Shown: positions 29,776 through 39,617 of the stretch, in pieces
Layout: the number at the start of each line of letters is the position of its first letter
Position numbering within the stretch: the first letter of the stretch is position 1
Assembly (NCBI GenBank): GCA_023269855.1
Contig: JAGDWP010000050.1
Location: 8,503 to 72,502, forward strand
Origin: Nitrososphaerales archaeon
Lineage (GTDB): Archaea; Thermoproteota; Nitrososphaeria_A; Caldarchaeales; Wolframiiraptoraceae
DNA length: 64,000 bases
Reading direction: 5' to 3'
Position numbers and translations under genes: made by a program
The notes under the pieces: model-generated
Databases searched by the model: none
The model's input: the letters and a program-made list of their open reading frames with translations, nothing else
Told to the model about the DNA's origin: nothing

Positions 29776-30357
29776 TCAGGTTTTCTGATATCTAGGATTA
29801 TCAACTATTCTTACTTGCTTGTTTTCTTCTATAACTATTTTGGCGAATCCTTTTTCTTTAACTATTAGGTAATCATGACCAGCGTCTGAAGGATAAGCAA
29901 AGAAGAAGATGAATTTTCCTCTTCCAGTGTTTATTGTGCGGTGACCCCATCCGGGAGGAACGTATCCTAAGGAACCGGGTTCAAGCTCTATCACCGATAC
30001 TTCACCATTTTCATTCTGCATTAGAAGCAAACCTTTCCCCTTTAAGCAGAGATAGAATTCAGCTGCATCTTTCTCATGGAAGTGCCCTTTCGTCATATAG
30101 TATTCTTTTCCAATCTTTCCAGGATATATTATTGTTACTCCAAGGTTCAAATTGCCAGATGTTTCGGAAGCTATATATTCGCTGTACTCATATATGATTG
30201 GGTCTCTTCCTCTTGATAGTATCTTTTCCGCATCCTCAATACTTGAAAAGTATTCTTTTATTTCGCTTAATCGAACTTCCTTCTTTCTCTTGTATGGTTG
30301 TACGGTTCCTTTCTTAAAGTCTATAATTACTTTCTCAGGTTTTAATAGTTCAGACAT
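29776..30357 (-). CDS. pgiA: cupin-type glucose-6-phosphate isomerase (cPGI)
   Basis: 'TKGHFHEKDAAEFY' and 'YVPPGWGHRTIN' match cupin PGI metal-binding motifs; 193 aa. Confidence 0.7.
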   Translation of the reverse strand: MSELLKPEKVIIDFKKGTVQPYKRKKEVRLSEIKEYFSSIEDAEKILSRGRDPIIYEYSEYIASETSGNLNLGVTIIYPGKIGKEYYMTKGHFHEKDAAEFYLCLKGKGLLLMQNENGEVSVIELEPGSLGYVPPGWGHRTINTGRGKFIFFFAYPSDAGHDYLIVKEKGFAKIVIEENKQVRIVDNPRYQKT

Positions 30358-30368
30358 ACTCTATCTAC

Positions 30369-32222
30369 TCAAGGTAGATCTAAGGCAATTTTTATATCTT
30401 TAGATACGATTCCATCCATAGTCCATCTCCTAGCGGTATAGTATTCATCCAACATAGTGTTAAATATTTCAGGTGATAGAACGTGGCCTTTTGCTGGACC
30501 GTCAGGTATCGGTTCTCTCATGATTCGTTCTGGAAGTATGTCGTCTTTACGATTAACTCCTTCTCTGTTTAAGATCATTCTTTCAAGATTGTAGACTCGT
30601 TCACCTATAGAGTTTAAGTTTATGTCAAGCTCTATTCCTGTAACGAATTTGAAGACTTCTGGGCTAGGAGTATCAGTAAAGTTTAGGGATCTTCTCGGTA
30701 TCGTACATATTCCTAGGGAGTCAACGTATCCTCTTACATCCTGTATTGTTTTAACGAGTTGACCTTTGCCCTTCACCGCGTATCTATCAATTTTTGGTTT
30801 AAGTAATTCATCTCTAATAGTCCATCCTCCCACATTATGGCATGCTCCTCTAGATGATGTTGCATATGCAAGACCCATCCCGTAGAAGGCTCTAGGTTCA
30901 TATGCTGTAAACTCCATTCTCTTGACATGCATTGCATAGTACTCAGCGTTATGTCCAATATACTGAGCTGCTCTTACCGCTCCATCCGCTAATTTTTCTC
31001 CGAAACCTCTTCTCTCACCAATCAATCTCGTTAATTCCACTACTGCTTCACTATTTCCAAATCTCAACTCCATCCCATTAGTCTTCTCTTTATCAAGGAT
31101 TCCTTTTTCATACAATTCCATTGCGAACCCGATCACATACCCTGCTGAGATCCCGTCCAAACCATAATCGTCTGAGAGATTGTTAGCAGCTACTATGTAG
31201 TTGTAGTCGAAAACCCCACATTGAGGTCCAAATGACCAAATTGTCTCATATTCAGGTTTACTAGTGAAGTCTTTGTATTCTTCCATGTTGGGTTTAGCAT
31301 ATTTCCCACATGCGATTGGACATCGATAACATGCTACGTCTTTTGCTACAAATTCTTCTCTGAAAATCTTAGAAGACAGTCGAGCTATAAGATCTTCCTC
31401 AACTCTAGTTCTAGTAAAATTCATCAATGGATAAGCTCCAAGCTCATATAGCGAGTCTATATACTGGGCCGTTCCATACTTTGTATGGTAACCCGTTGTT
31501 TCTTTTAACAAACTTAGATTATTCCTCAAATATTCTGAAAGCTTGTCAGGTTGAGCGATTTCAACTTCTTTTGAGCCTGAGACGATTACTCCTTTAAGAT
31601 TCTTTGAACCCATAACTGCTCCAACACCTCCTCTTCCAAAGCTTCCACCCCTACGTGCGCCTGGGAAATCAACTTGGACGCTGGCAATTTTAGAAAGTTT
31701 CTCTCCTGCAGGACCTATACATGCGACCGTTCCCTTATCGCTTCCCACTTTGTCAAGTAGAACCTTCTGAGCCTCGCTACTCTTCAACCCCCAAGCATCT
31801 TCAGCATTTGCTATTTTTACTTCGTTATCGTTTAAAATAATGCATGATGGTTTATTCGCCCTTCCTTCTATTATTAGACCGTCATATCCAGCTTTTTTAA
31901 TGAATGCTCCAAAGTGGCCTCCCGCATTGGATACTGTGTAGATGTTTGTTAACGGAGACTTAGTTACGATGTGTGCTTTCGAAGAACCCCATACAGTAGT
32001 ACCCGTTAGTGGCCCTGTCATTATTATTAATTTATTTTCTGGAGATAGTGGAGGAGTATCTGGACTTATTTCTTCATAATAGTATCTTGCAGCTAATCCA
32101 CGACCTCCCAGATACTTTCTTAACCATTCTATTGGGATCTTTTCAGTAGATATTTTTTCCTTAGATAAGTTTATACGAACTATTCTTCCATTATATCCAT
32201 AGAGTTTTTCTTGACTCATCAC
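30369..32222 (-). CDS. aldehyde:ferredoxin oxidoreductase family (tungstopterin) enzyme
   Basis: AOR N-terminal domain, 'CPIACGKY' 4Fe-4S cysteines; 617 aa. Confidence 0.85.
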   Translation of the reverse strand: MMSQEKLYGYNGRIVRINLSKEKISTEKIPIEWLRKYLGGRGLAARYYYEEISPDTPPLSPENKLIIMTGPLTGTTVWGSSKAHIVTKSPLTNIYTVSNAGGHFGAFIKKAGYDGLIIEGRANKPSCIILNDNEVKIANAEDAWGLKSSEAQKVLLDKVGSDKGTVACIGPAGEKLSKIASVQVDFPGARRGGSFGRGGVGAVMGSKNLKGVIVSGSKEVEIAQPDKLSEYLRNNLSLLKETTGYHTKYGTAQYIDSLYELGAYPLMNFTRTRVEEDLIARLSSKIFREEFVAKDVACYRCPIACGKYAKPNMEEYKDFTSKPEYETIWSFGPQCGVFDYNYIVAANNLSDDYGLDGISAGYVIGFAMELYEKGILDKEKTNGMELRFGNSEAVVELTRLIGERRGFGEKLADGAVRAAQYIGHNAEYYAMHVKRMEFTAYEPRAFYGMGLAYATSSRGACHNVGGWTIRDELLKPKIDRYAVKGKGQLVKTIQDVRGYVDSLGICTIPRRSLNFTDTPSPEVFKFVTGIELDINLNSIGERVYNLERMILNREGVNRKDDILPERIMREPIPDGPAKGHVLSPEIFNTMLDEYYTARRWTMDGIVSKDIKIALDLP

Positions 32223-32366
32223 TATCCACTTCCTAATTCTGGTCTAGATTTCTATTTTAGGATTATGAAAAAGCATCTTAAGACTGTATAGAGTATTTCT
32301 TGATAAAAAATCTATAGTCTGTACTCAAATAGCTTCTTGTCTTCTTTACAATTAAAGCTTTGGATT

Positions 32367-33914
32367 TCACCCGATTAATGATTCGTGTCCTTCAAGTATG
32401 TAATCAAGTTTATCTATCAGCTTCTCATAGAAATTAGAGTATTTCTTGTATGTTTCATGTACTTCAGGGTTTGGCTGGATTCTCTTGATCGGTTTAACCC
32501 ATTCATTGATTGTTTTGTTGTAGTCTTTTATAAGTTTTACACCATATCCGCCTATAACTGCTAATGCTGTAACGGCGTATTCTTCTCTGTTAAGTAATAC
32601 GTAGGGTACTCCGAGGATGTCTGCTTTAATCTGATTCCATACATCACTTTTATTTCCACCTCCGATACCTCTAACTTCTTCTATCCTAATCTCTTTCAAT
32701 AGTTCTTTCAGTATCTTTAGGTAATGGTTGTATTCGTATGCTATTGCCTCGAGTATGGATCTAAACAGATGACCTGTTGTATGTTTCCATGTGAAACCTA
32801 TCCAAACCCCTCTTATTCTAGGATTGTATGGGTATGCTCTACCTCCTAGGTGAGGTATGAAGATTACGCCTTCACTTCCAGGAGGAATTCTTGAGGCTTG
32901 TTCATCTAGGGTCCTGTAGGGATCTTGACCTTTTTCCTGAGCTATTCTTTTCTCTTCTTTAGCTATCTCATCCCTAAACCATCTTAAGCATAAGCCGCCT
33001 CCATTTATGTATGCTCCAACACACCATAGCTCTGGTACTACTGATTTTAGATATAGAAGAGTCTTGTATCTTGTATCAGGTACAAGTTTATCTGTTGATA
33101 CATAAAATGCTGATGCAGTGCCAGCTATATCTAGACATAATCCAGGTTGAGTTAAGCCTGCTCCAAATGTACATGCCATCCCATCTCCTGCTCCAGCGGC
33201 TATCGGTATACCCTTCGGCAGCCCTAGCTTACTAGCTTCTTCTGAGACTAGTTCTCCAATTATCTCCCAAGGCTTAACTATTTTAGGCATTTTATCTAAG
33301 GGTAGCTTGAATATTTCGGCTAATTCTTCAGAATACTTCATTTTATGTACGTCGAATAAACCTGTAAATGTTACATATGTGTAATCATAGAAAGCTTCGT
33401 CGCCTTTTAATCCAGCAAGTTTTCCTGCTACATAGACTGCAGGCACTGTAAATTTACATATATTTTCAAATACTTCTGGTCTTTCATTCTTCCACCACAT
33501 CATTTTTGGTAAGTGATCTATTGTGGGTGGTGCACCTGTTAACTGTATAAGCAGGTCTTCATAATTTTGTTTGATGTAATCTAGGTATTCTTTACATCTT
33601 ATATCCAACCATGAATCATAAGGCATTACCGGTTTCCAATCTTTATCTACTGCTAGTATTCCAGCCATCTGTCCACTGAAAGCAATAGACGCTACGTCTT
33701 TAGGGCTTACTCCAGACTTTTTTATTACTTGTTTAATTGTATTAATGGATGAAGTATAGAAATCTTCTGGTTCTTGTTCAACCCATCCAACTCGCGGATA
33801 GTATAGTTTTGATTCTTCGTAAGCTACTGCTAACTGGTTTCCCTCAACATCAAATATGGAGGCTTTCGTTCCAGCAGTTCCTATATCTACACCTATCAAA
33901 TATTGTGAGCACAT
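32367..33914 (-). CDS. FGGY-family carbohydrate kinase (xylulokinase/glycerol kinase-like)
   Basis: 'GVDIGTAGTKASIF' and 'GWVEQEPEDFY' FGGY N-terminal signatures. Confidence 0.75.
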   Translation of the reverse strand: MCSQYLIGVDIGTAGTKASIFDVEGNQLAVAYEESKLYYPRVGWVEQEPEDFYTSSINTIKQVIKKSGVSPKDVASIAFSGQMAGILAVDKDWKPVMPYDSWLDIRCKEYLDYIKQNYEDLLIQLTGAPPTIDHLPKMMWWKNERPEVFENICKFTVPAVYVAGKLAGLKGDEAFYDYTYVTFTGLFDVHKMKYSEELAEIFKLPLDKMPKIVKPWEIIGELVSEEASKLGLPKGIPIAAGAGDGMACTFGAGLTQPGLCLDIAGTASAFYVSTDKLVPDTRYKTLLYLKSVVPELWCVGAYINGGGLCLRWFRDEIAKEEKRIAQEKGQDPYRTLDEQASRIPPGSEGVIFIPHLGGRAYPYNPRIRGVWIGFTWKHTTGHLFRSILEAIAYEYNHYLKILKELLKEIRIEEVRGIGGGNKSDVWNQIKADILGVPYVLLNREEYAVTALAVIGGYGVKLIKDYNKTINEWVKPIKRIQPNPEVHETYKKYSNFYEKLIDKLDYILEGHESLIG

Positions 33915-34019
33915 AATATCTACCTCTTCAAAGATCTCTAACGATTAGTTAATAATATATCTTGCTTGAATCTTCGATTCCACTACTCTTCATAATGAAT
34001 CTATAAGTAATCTTTCAAT

Positions 34020-35651
34020 TTATTGTCCTCCAAGTTCTCCTTCATGTCTTTTCGCATATCTTCTATCTACAACTTCATCTATCCTCAACAACATTACAGC
34101 TGTCTCAACAGATGTCTTTAGGATTTGTTCTTTAGCTTTGTAAGATTCAATAACATTCTTTTCAAGCATATTGGCTACAGCCCCAGTATATGGGTCAAAT
34201 CCGTAATAATATTCCCCACCTACATGTTTAGACATCAATTCCGGTATAATGTCTACTGGATTGTATCCAGAATTACTGATTAATATTCTCGGTATGTTCT
34301 CTAAGGCATTCGCAAAGGCATGCATTGCAACTTGTTCTTTACCGCTATATTTGGTAGATTCATTCCTAATAGTTATTGCTAAGGCTTCTTCTACAGCTCC
34401 TCCTCCAGGAACGTATAATGGTTCTTGAAGTAGTGAAGCCACATATTTTACCGCATCCTTTATAGCGTGTTCAACTTCATCAAGTAATCTTTCTAATCCA
34501 GCTCTTAACAATATAGTCACTCCTTCAGAATGATCGCATCCCTCAATTATTACTACTCTATCTTCTCCTATCTTCTCTTCTCTAATTAGTGCAGCTTTTC
34601 CAAGGTCTTCTTCTCTGAGGTCATCTAAGTCTGAAACTATGTTCGCGCCTGTAAATCTTGCTACATTATAGAAGTCTTCTTCTTTTAGAAGTCTCCCTAT
34701 GGCCATTACCCCCGCATCTGCAAGCAACTGACTCGCTATCTTGCCTATCCTCTTCCTACAGATTACAGCATTTACTCCAAGAGATAATATCTTGTTAACC
34801 ACGTCTTTGATTAGGTTTCTTTCTTCTTCGAGGAATTGAGTAACATGGAGTGGGTTGCTTATGGTGATTTGATACTTGTAAGGTTGAAAGTGTCTAAATT
34901 CATCTATCTTTAATGCCATGTTTAGGACGGCTATCTTTGCATCTTTCACTATTCTAGGCATTGATGGATGAACAATCTTCTTATCTATCACTATGCCTTT
35001 AATAACAATACTTTCTTCAAGGCTTTTCCCTATCTTCTTAACTATCCTTATATTGTTTGTATCAAGTAACTCTTTGCTCTTAGAATTTTCAATAACGTGG
35101 CGTAAAGCTTTAGTAGTTATGTCTGCCAGTAATCTTGCATCGTGTATGTTTTTGCTATTAAAAAGTGTAAAAATAAAACTTCTTAGAGTATTATCAGCTA
35201 CCTTCTCGATAGGCTTGCTCATCTCTCTTAAACGTTTTAGGGCTATATTATAGGCAATTAAATATCCATCAATGATTTTACTAACCTTAACCTTGTGACT
35301 AACTAGTCTCTCAGCTCTCTTCAGTAATTCTCCAATCAATATAATGGTTGTCTTCGAACCGTCTCCAACCATTGTTTCAACTGTTTTTGCAGCTTCCCGT
35401 AATACTTTAGCTACAGGATGGTGTAAATCCAGTTTATCTAAAATTACTGCACCATCATTTGTAATTCCAGTCTCATCAAACTTGTCTATAACCATTTTGT
35501 GCATTCCTCGTGGTCCTAAGCAAGGTTTTAGGAATTCTGCGATATACTCAGCAACAGAAATATTGTCTTTCCATGCTACTAATTTCCTACTCTTCAGTAC
35601 TCCTTCTCGATGAAGTGAGAGAGGATCACGTATGATGTATCTCTTAGACAT
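34020..35651 (-). CDS. group II chaperonin (thermosome) divergent paralog
   Basis: 'LGPRGMHKMV', 'ITNDGAVILDKL', 'VPGGGAVE' thermosome signatures; nucleotide-loop reads GDGSKTT instead of GDGTTT. Confidence 0.7.
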   Translation of the reverse strand: MSKRYIIRDPLSLHREGVLKSRKLVAWKDNISVAEYIAEFLKPCLGPRGMHKMVIDKFDETGITNDGAVILDKLDLHHPVAKVLREAAKTVETMVGDGSKTTIILIGELLKRAERLVSHKVKVSKIIDGYLIAYNIALKRLREMSKPIEKVADNTLRSFIFTLFNSKNIHDARLLADITTKALRHVIENSKSKELLDTNNIRIVKKIGKSLEESIVIKGIVIDKKIVHPSMPRIVKDAKIAVLNMALKIDEFRHFQPYKYQITISNPLHVTQFLEEERNLIKDVVNKILSLGVNAVICRKRIGKIASQLLADAGVMAIGRLLKEEDFYNVARFTGANIVSDLDDLREEDLGKAALIREEKIGEDRVVIIEGCDHSEGVTILLRAGLERLLDEVEHAIKDAVKYVASLLQEPLYVPGGGAVEEALAITIRNESTKYSGKEQVAMHAFANALENIPRILISNSGYNPVDIIPELMSKHVGGEYYYGFDPYTGAVANMLEKNVIESYKAKEQILKTSVETAVMLLRIDEVVDRRYAKRHEGELGGQ

Positions 35652-35796
35652 CTTATCACCTCACTCTAATCTGTCTATATCCAGTTCCATGGCTAATTCA
35701 TTATCCAAGGTTATTAACATTTGCTTCCTATAGCAGATCTAGACGGATTCAGAACTTCTTGTAATAGTTTATTAGTTGATGTATGTATCTCTGCTT

Positions 35797-35853
35797 AGGC
35801 GATGATGAATCCTGGCTGCCGGATTTGATGATGAAGGCCAAAAGCTCTGAGTC
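35797..35853 (+). ncRNA. candidate C/D box sRNA
   Basis: C box ATGATGA (35802-35808), C' TGATGA (35829-35834), D box CTGA (35847-35850), ~50 nt spacing, intergenic between thermosome paralog and methyltransferase. Confidence 0.4.
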
Positions 35854-35891
35854 AATCAAACAATATGATCTCCATACTAAGCCTCTGATTT

Positions 35892-36929
35892 CTACCACCA
35901 TTTCATACTGTATCTGTAATCTTCTATTTCTTCACCCTTGTTAGGTTTTCTGAAAACAAATAAGTGTTCATGTTCGATCAAGTAAAAGTCTGTCCAGTAG
36001 CGTTTATCGTGAGGTTTTTCTACCCAGCATTCTTCAGCGGTCTTCACTAAGCCTACCCATTTTCTACCAGTTGTCTTGGTATGCCATTGGATTTTGATTA
36101 TGTCTTCTTTCAAGATGAATCCTACATCTAGAAATTGCTGCATGACTCGGAAAGCTATTGGAACATAGTGTCTATGCTTCCTAGTGTCGCCTATTAGTAT
36201 TGCGCAGAATCTACCAGGCTTTAATACTCTGAAGCTTTCTTTAGCTACTTGGCGTATACCTTCTAAATACTCTTCAAGACTGTAGACTTGTGATAAGTCA
36301 CCTTCCACTCTTCTATCTTTAGAGTATGAAACTATGTTTGCATAGGGTGGATGTGTAGCTATCAAGTCTATAGACTCATCCTTGATCAAGTCTAAGTTTC
36401 TAGCATCACCATGATATACCCTTATCTCAGGTTCTAAGTAGTCTTGGTCTAGAGGCTTGTATGTAAAGTTCAGTCTATCTAAGGTCAGTATCACTGCATC
36501 ATAATTTATATCGACGCCTATGGCGTTTCTACCTAAAAGCTTACATTCTACTAAAGTAGTTCCTCCACCACACATCTGGTCTAAGACCAGTTCTCCAGGT
36601 TTACTATATCGTAGTATAATGTTTCTAGGGATTTGAGGAGCCCAATTACCTCTATAATCGCCTCTATGAGTAGACCATTCACCTCTATCTGGGAAAGACC
36701 AGACAGTCGATGTTTCCAAAGTGAAGTTATGGGGTTGATATTTCTCAACCTTGTGAGGTTTCCCAACAGGTATCTCCTCATCTTCTATACGGACAGAATC
36801 ATTCGTCTTAACATACTCTAAATACTCTTCAAGCTTTACAAGTCTCATATTGATATAACCAGATTCTCTAACCATGTTATCTTTAATCTTATAATCCATA
36901 AATATGAATCTATCAAGATTTATTTGCAT
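35892..36929 (-). CDS. SAM-dependent amino-methyltransferase, PF01555-like DNA (N6-A/N4-C) methylase with motif I before motif IV
   Basis: 'W.FPDRGEW…NWAPQIP…VLDQMCGGGTTLVEC' (motif X/I) followed ~70 aa later by 'DLIATHPPYAN' (motif IV). Confidence 0.6.
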   Translation of the reverse strand: MQINLDRFIFMDYKIKDNMVRESGYINMRLVKLEEYLEYVKTNDSVRIEDEEIPVGKPHKVEKYQPHNFTLETSTVWSFPDRGEWSTHRGDYRGNWAPQIPRNIILRYSKPGELVLDQMCGGGTTLVECKLLGRNAIGVDINYDAVILTLDRLNFTYKPLDQDYLEPEIRVYHGDARNLDLIKDESIDLIATHPPYANIVSYSKDRRVEGDLSQVYSLEEYLEGIRQVAKESFRVLKPGRFCAILIGDTRKHRHYVPIAFRVMQQFLDVGFILKEDIIKIQWHTKTTGRKWVGLVKTAEECWVEKPHDKRYWTDFYLIEHEHLFVFRKPNKGEEIEDYRYSMKWW

Positions 36930-36952
36930 CCCGTCAAACCCATCGATATATA

Positions 36953-37141
36953 TTTAGAACACCTCTAATAAAGAACCACACTTTAGGCATCTAACAATTA
37001 TTGAGAGTACACCATAATAACCATCATCAATATCTATAAACTCATAGTTATAATCATCAGGATATATGATGGTGTTACATTATGGACATACAATCTTACC
37101 ATCATCATCTACAATAAACTCTATAAACATACTCTTAGACA
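36953..37141 (-). pseudogene. small zinc-ribbon protein gene interrupted by in-frame TAA inside first CxxC knuckle
   Basis: MSKSMFIEFIVDDDGKIVCP-*-CNTIIYPDDYNYEFIDIDDGYYGVLSIIVRCLKCGSLLEVF; same frame throughout. Confidence 0.35.
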
Positions 37142-37220
37142 TCTATCCTATCTCTAAGATAAAGATTCTATAACCTTAGTTCCCATCAAATTTAAGTTTA
37201 CGTTTTTCTATTTTTAGTGT

Positions 37221-38069
37221 ATGAGTTATGCTGATATGTTGGCTATTGTTAGGAGGGTCATCTCTCCTATTGTGGCTGAGCATTACCCTAGTAAGGCTAA
37301 TCATGAGAAGATGAGCCTACATGACCTTATTGTGTTCGGTGTTATGGCTCATATAGTCTTCGATGGCATCTATAAGAAGGCTTATAAGCTCTTCATAGAA
37401 GAGCTTGGTTTCTTCCCAAGTGTTAGGTATAATAAGGTTGTGGAGAGGCTGAATAGGTATGAGGGGTTGCTGATAGAGTGCTTAAAGCTATTCAAGCTTG
37501 AGGGGCAGGTGGTCGTAGACTCTAAGCCCTTAGAGACGAAGAAACTAGCTAGGTTTAAAAGGCATAGTAGGAGAGGTGAATCTAAGCTCATAAAGAATGA
37601 GGAAGGTATAGGGTTCAACCCTTTAAAAGAGGGTTCTACGTAGGATACAAGCTAACCTGCGCTACAGATGGAATATACTTGAACCTCTTATACGTAGACT
37701 CTGCGAACGAGCATGACCTCACTATAATCAAAAATAGGAGAGAAGATTTCGTAGAAAGATTCAAGGGAAAACGGTCATTCTTGATAAAGCCTACATAGAT
37801 AGAGGGTTCGAGGAGGAGATGAGGAGGAAAAACGTACAATACATAGCTATAAAATAGCTATAAAGAGGAAGAATATGATCAGCTCAGATAATGAGAGAGA
37901 ATATTATAGAGCCTTATCCAAGCTTAGGAAGATGATAGAAACCATATTCTCACAACTCGAGAACCTAGGGCTAAGATTCGTAAGAGCAATATCAAGAAGA
38001 GGCCTAGCAATAAAGATCATCTTATCCACAATAGCATACAACATACTACAAGTGATGAGAGGAATTTGA
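37221..38069 (+). mobile_element. degraded IS5-family transposase (at least four frame-shifted pieces)
   Basis: Pieces 'VVVDSKPLETKKL', 'GYKLTCATDG…ANEHD', 'GKTVILDKAYIDRGF', C-terminal 'REYYRALSKLRKMIETIFSQLEN…' in different frames. Confidence 0.6.
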
Positions 38070-38750
38070 TGGGAACTAAGGTATAACGGAGTATTCTTGC
38101 TATCAACTTCACCGCCGGACGATTGACTTTATGTGTTGAAAAACTAGGTTTTTCTAGAAATACCGATTCTGAAACAGCATATTCCTTAGATTTAGCAGTA
38201 ACTAATGAAAAACGGAGTTTTTCGCTCCAGTAAATAAGGCAATAGCTCTGTTCATATGATTCTTAAGCAATTAAGATTCAAACTTATTAAAACATGATTT
38301 AGAAAAATGCTTCTAAGAAGAAGTAAAAGGGAAGGGGGAAAGAAGAGAAGGTTTCTAGCACATTTATTGCTTTCTCCGTCAGTCTAAATGGCCGCCTGAC
38401 CGGGTTCTGGGCTACATAGTCTTTCATAGACATATACTTGTCCTTTCTATTATTAGAAATGATAACATCCATAACAGTTTCACTTCAGTTTAATCTATCC
38501 CTCAGACGTCTTCCAAGAAAACGATCTGTCACGGTGGCTTAAAAACAGTTCAGTATATCTCAACTGTACATTAATAAATCTGCATCTCACGCAGACATGA
38601 TCAAACCAGAGAGTCAGCCCATTATAGTTAAGAGGTAGAATGATGCTATTCCGTGTTTGCTAAAGTCTTAATACCTGGTTAACCATGGATATTGCAGGAT
38701 GATGTGGAATCAGTCCTCTGATCGATGAAGAATATGGGACAGCCTGACTT

Positions 38751-39578
38751 TTAGACTATTCGTGATAATTCTTCATAATCTTCTCTATTCATCTTCCAAC
38801 CGATTGAGCCTAGTATCTCTTCTAGATGTTGAGGGTTTAATGTTCTAGGTATAGCTACAACATTCTCATGTCTGAGTACCCAGTTGAGAGCTACTTGTAC
38901 TGCTGTCTTACCATATTTCTTACCAATGCTTTCTAGCTTACTCTTGTATGGTTCATGAGCTATTAACCCCTTCGCTAAAGGTCTATAAGCAATAACTGTG
39001 ATATCGTTCTCTTTACAGAATGGTAAAATCTCATCTTCAATTCCTCTATCAATAATATTGTATAGTACTTGGTTTGACACTATATCTGTATGGGAGAGAT
39101 ACGACATTGCTTCCTCCATATCTCTTACACAGAAGTTACTTACCCCGATGAATCTAGTCTTTCCCTCCATGACTAGTTTCTCCATAGCTTTCATTGTTTC
39201 CCTCAATGGTATTCCAGGATTAGGCCAATGAATCTGATATAAGTCAACATACTCTATCTTTAGTCTTTTCAAGCTTCCATCTAAGGCTCTCAAGACATCA
39301 TTGTATCTAAGATTGGAACTCCATACTTTCGTCGCAATGAATGTCTTTTCTCTATCGAATTCTTTGATAGCTTCTCCAACTATTTCTTCTGAGTGACCTG
39401 CTCCATACATCTCTGCAGTATCTATGAATGTTATACCTTTCTCTACTGCAAGCTTGATGATTTTTATTGCTTGTTCATCTGCTGAATAATCGGGGGTGAA
39501 TCTTCCACCAATCTCCCATGTTCCAAACCCTATTACAGGTAAGTAAACATCAGTTTTTCCAAGTCGTCTATACTCCAT
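38751..39578 (-). CDS. aldo/keto reductase
   Basis: AKR fold motifs 'GFGTWEIGG', 'IDTAEMYG', 'IGVSNF'. Confidence 0.85.
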   Translation of the reverse strand: MEYRRLGKTDVYLPVIGFGTWEIGGRFTPDYSADEQAIKIIKLAVEKGITFIDTAEMYGAGHSEEIVGEAIKEFDREKTFIATKVWSSNLRYNDVLRALDGSLKRLKIEYVDLYQIHWPNPGIPLRETMKAMEKLVMEGKTRFIGVSNFCVRDMEEAMSYLSHTDIVSNQVLYNIIDRGIEDEILPFCKENDITVIAYRPLAKGLIAHEPYKSKLESIGKKYGKTAVQVALNWVLRHENVVAIPRTLNPQHLEEILGSIGWKMNREDYEELSRIV

Positions 39579-39617
39579 AGCTGTTGATAAAAAAGGAGAA
39601 ACTAACTAATAAAGAAT

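Noticed and set aside
37078-37084. In-frame TAA in the zinc-ribbon ORF as selenocysteine/pyrrolysine recoding
   Set aside because: Sec uses UGA and Pyl uses UAG. UAA recoding is not known in archaea.
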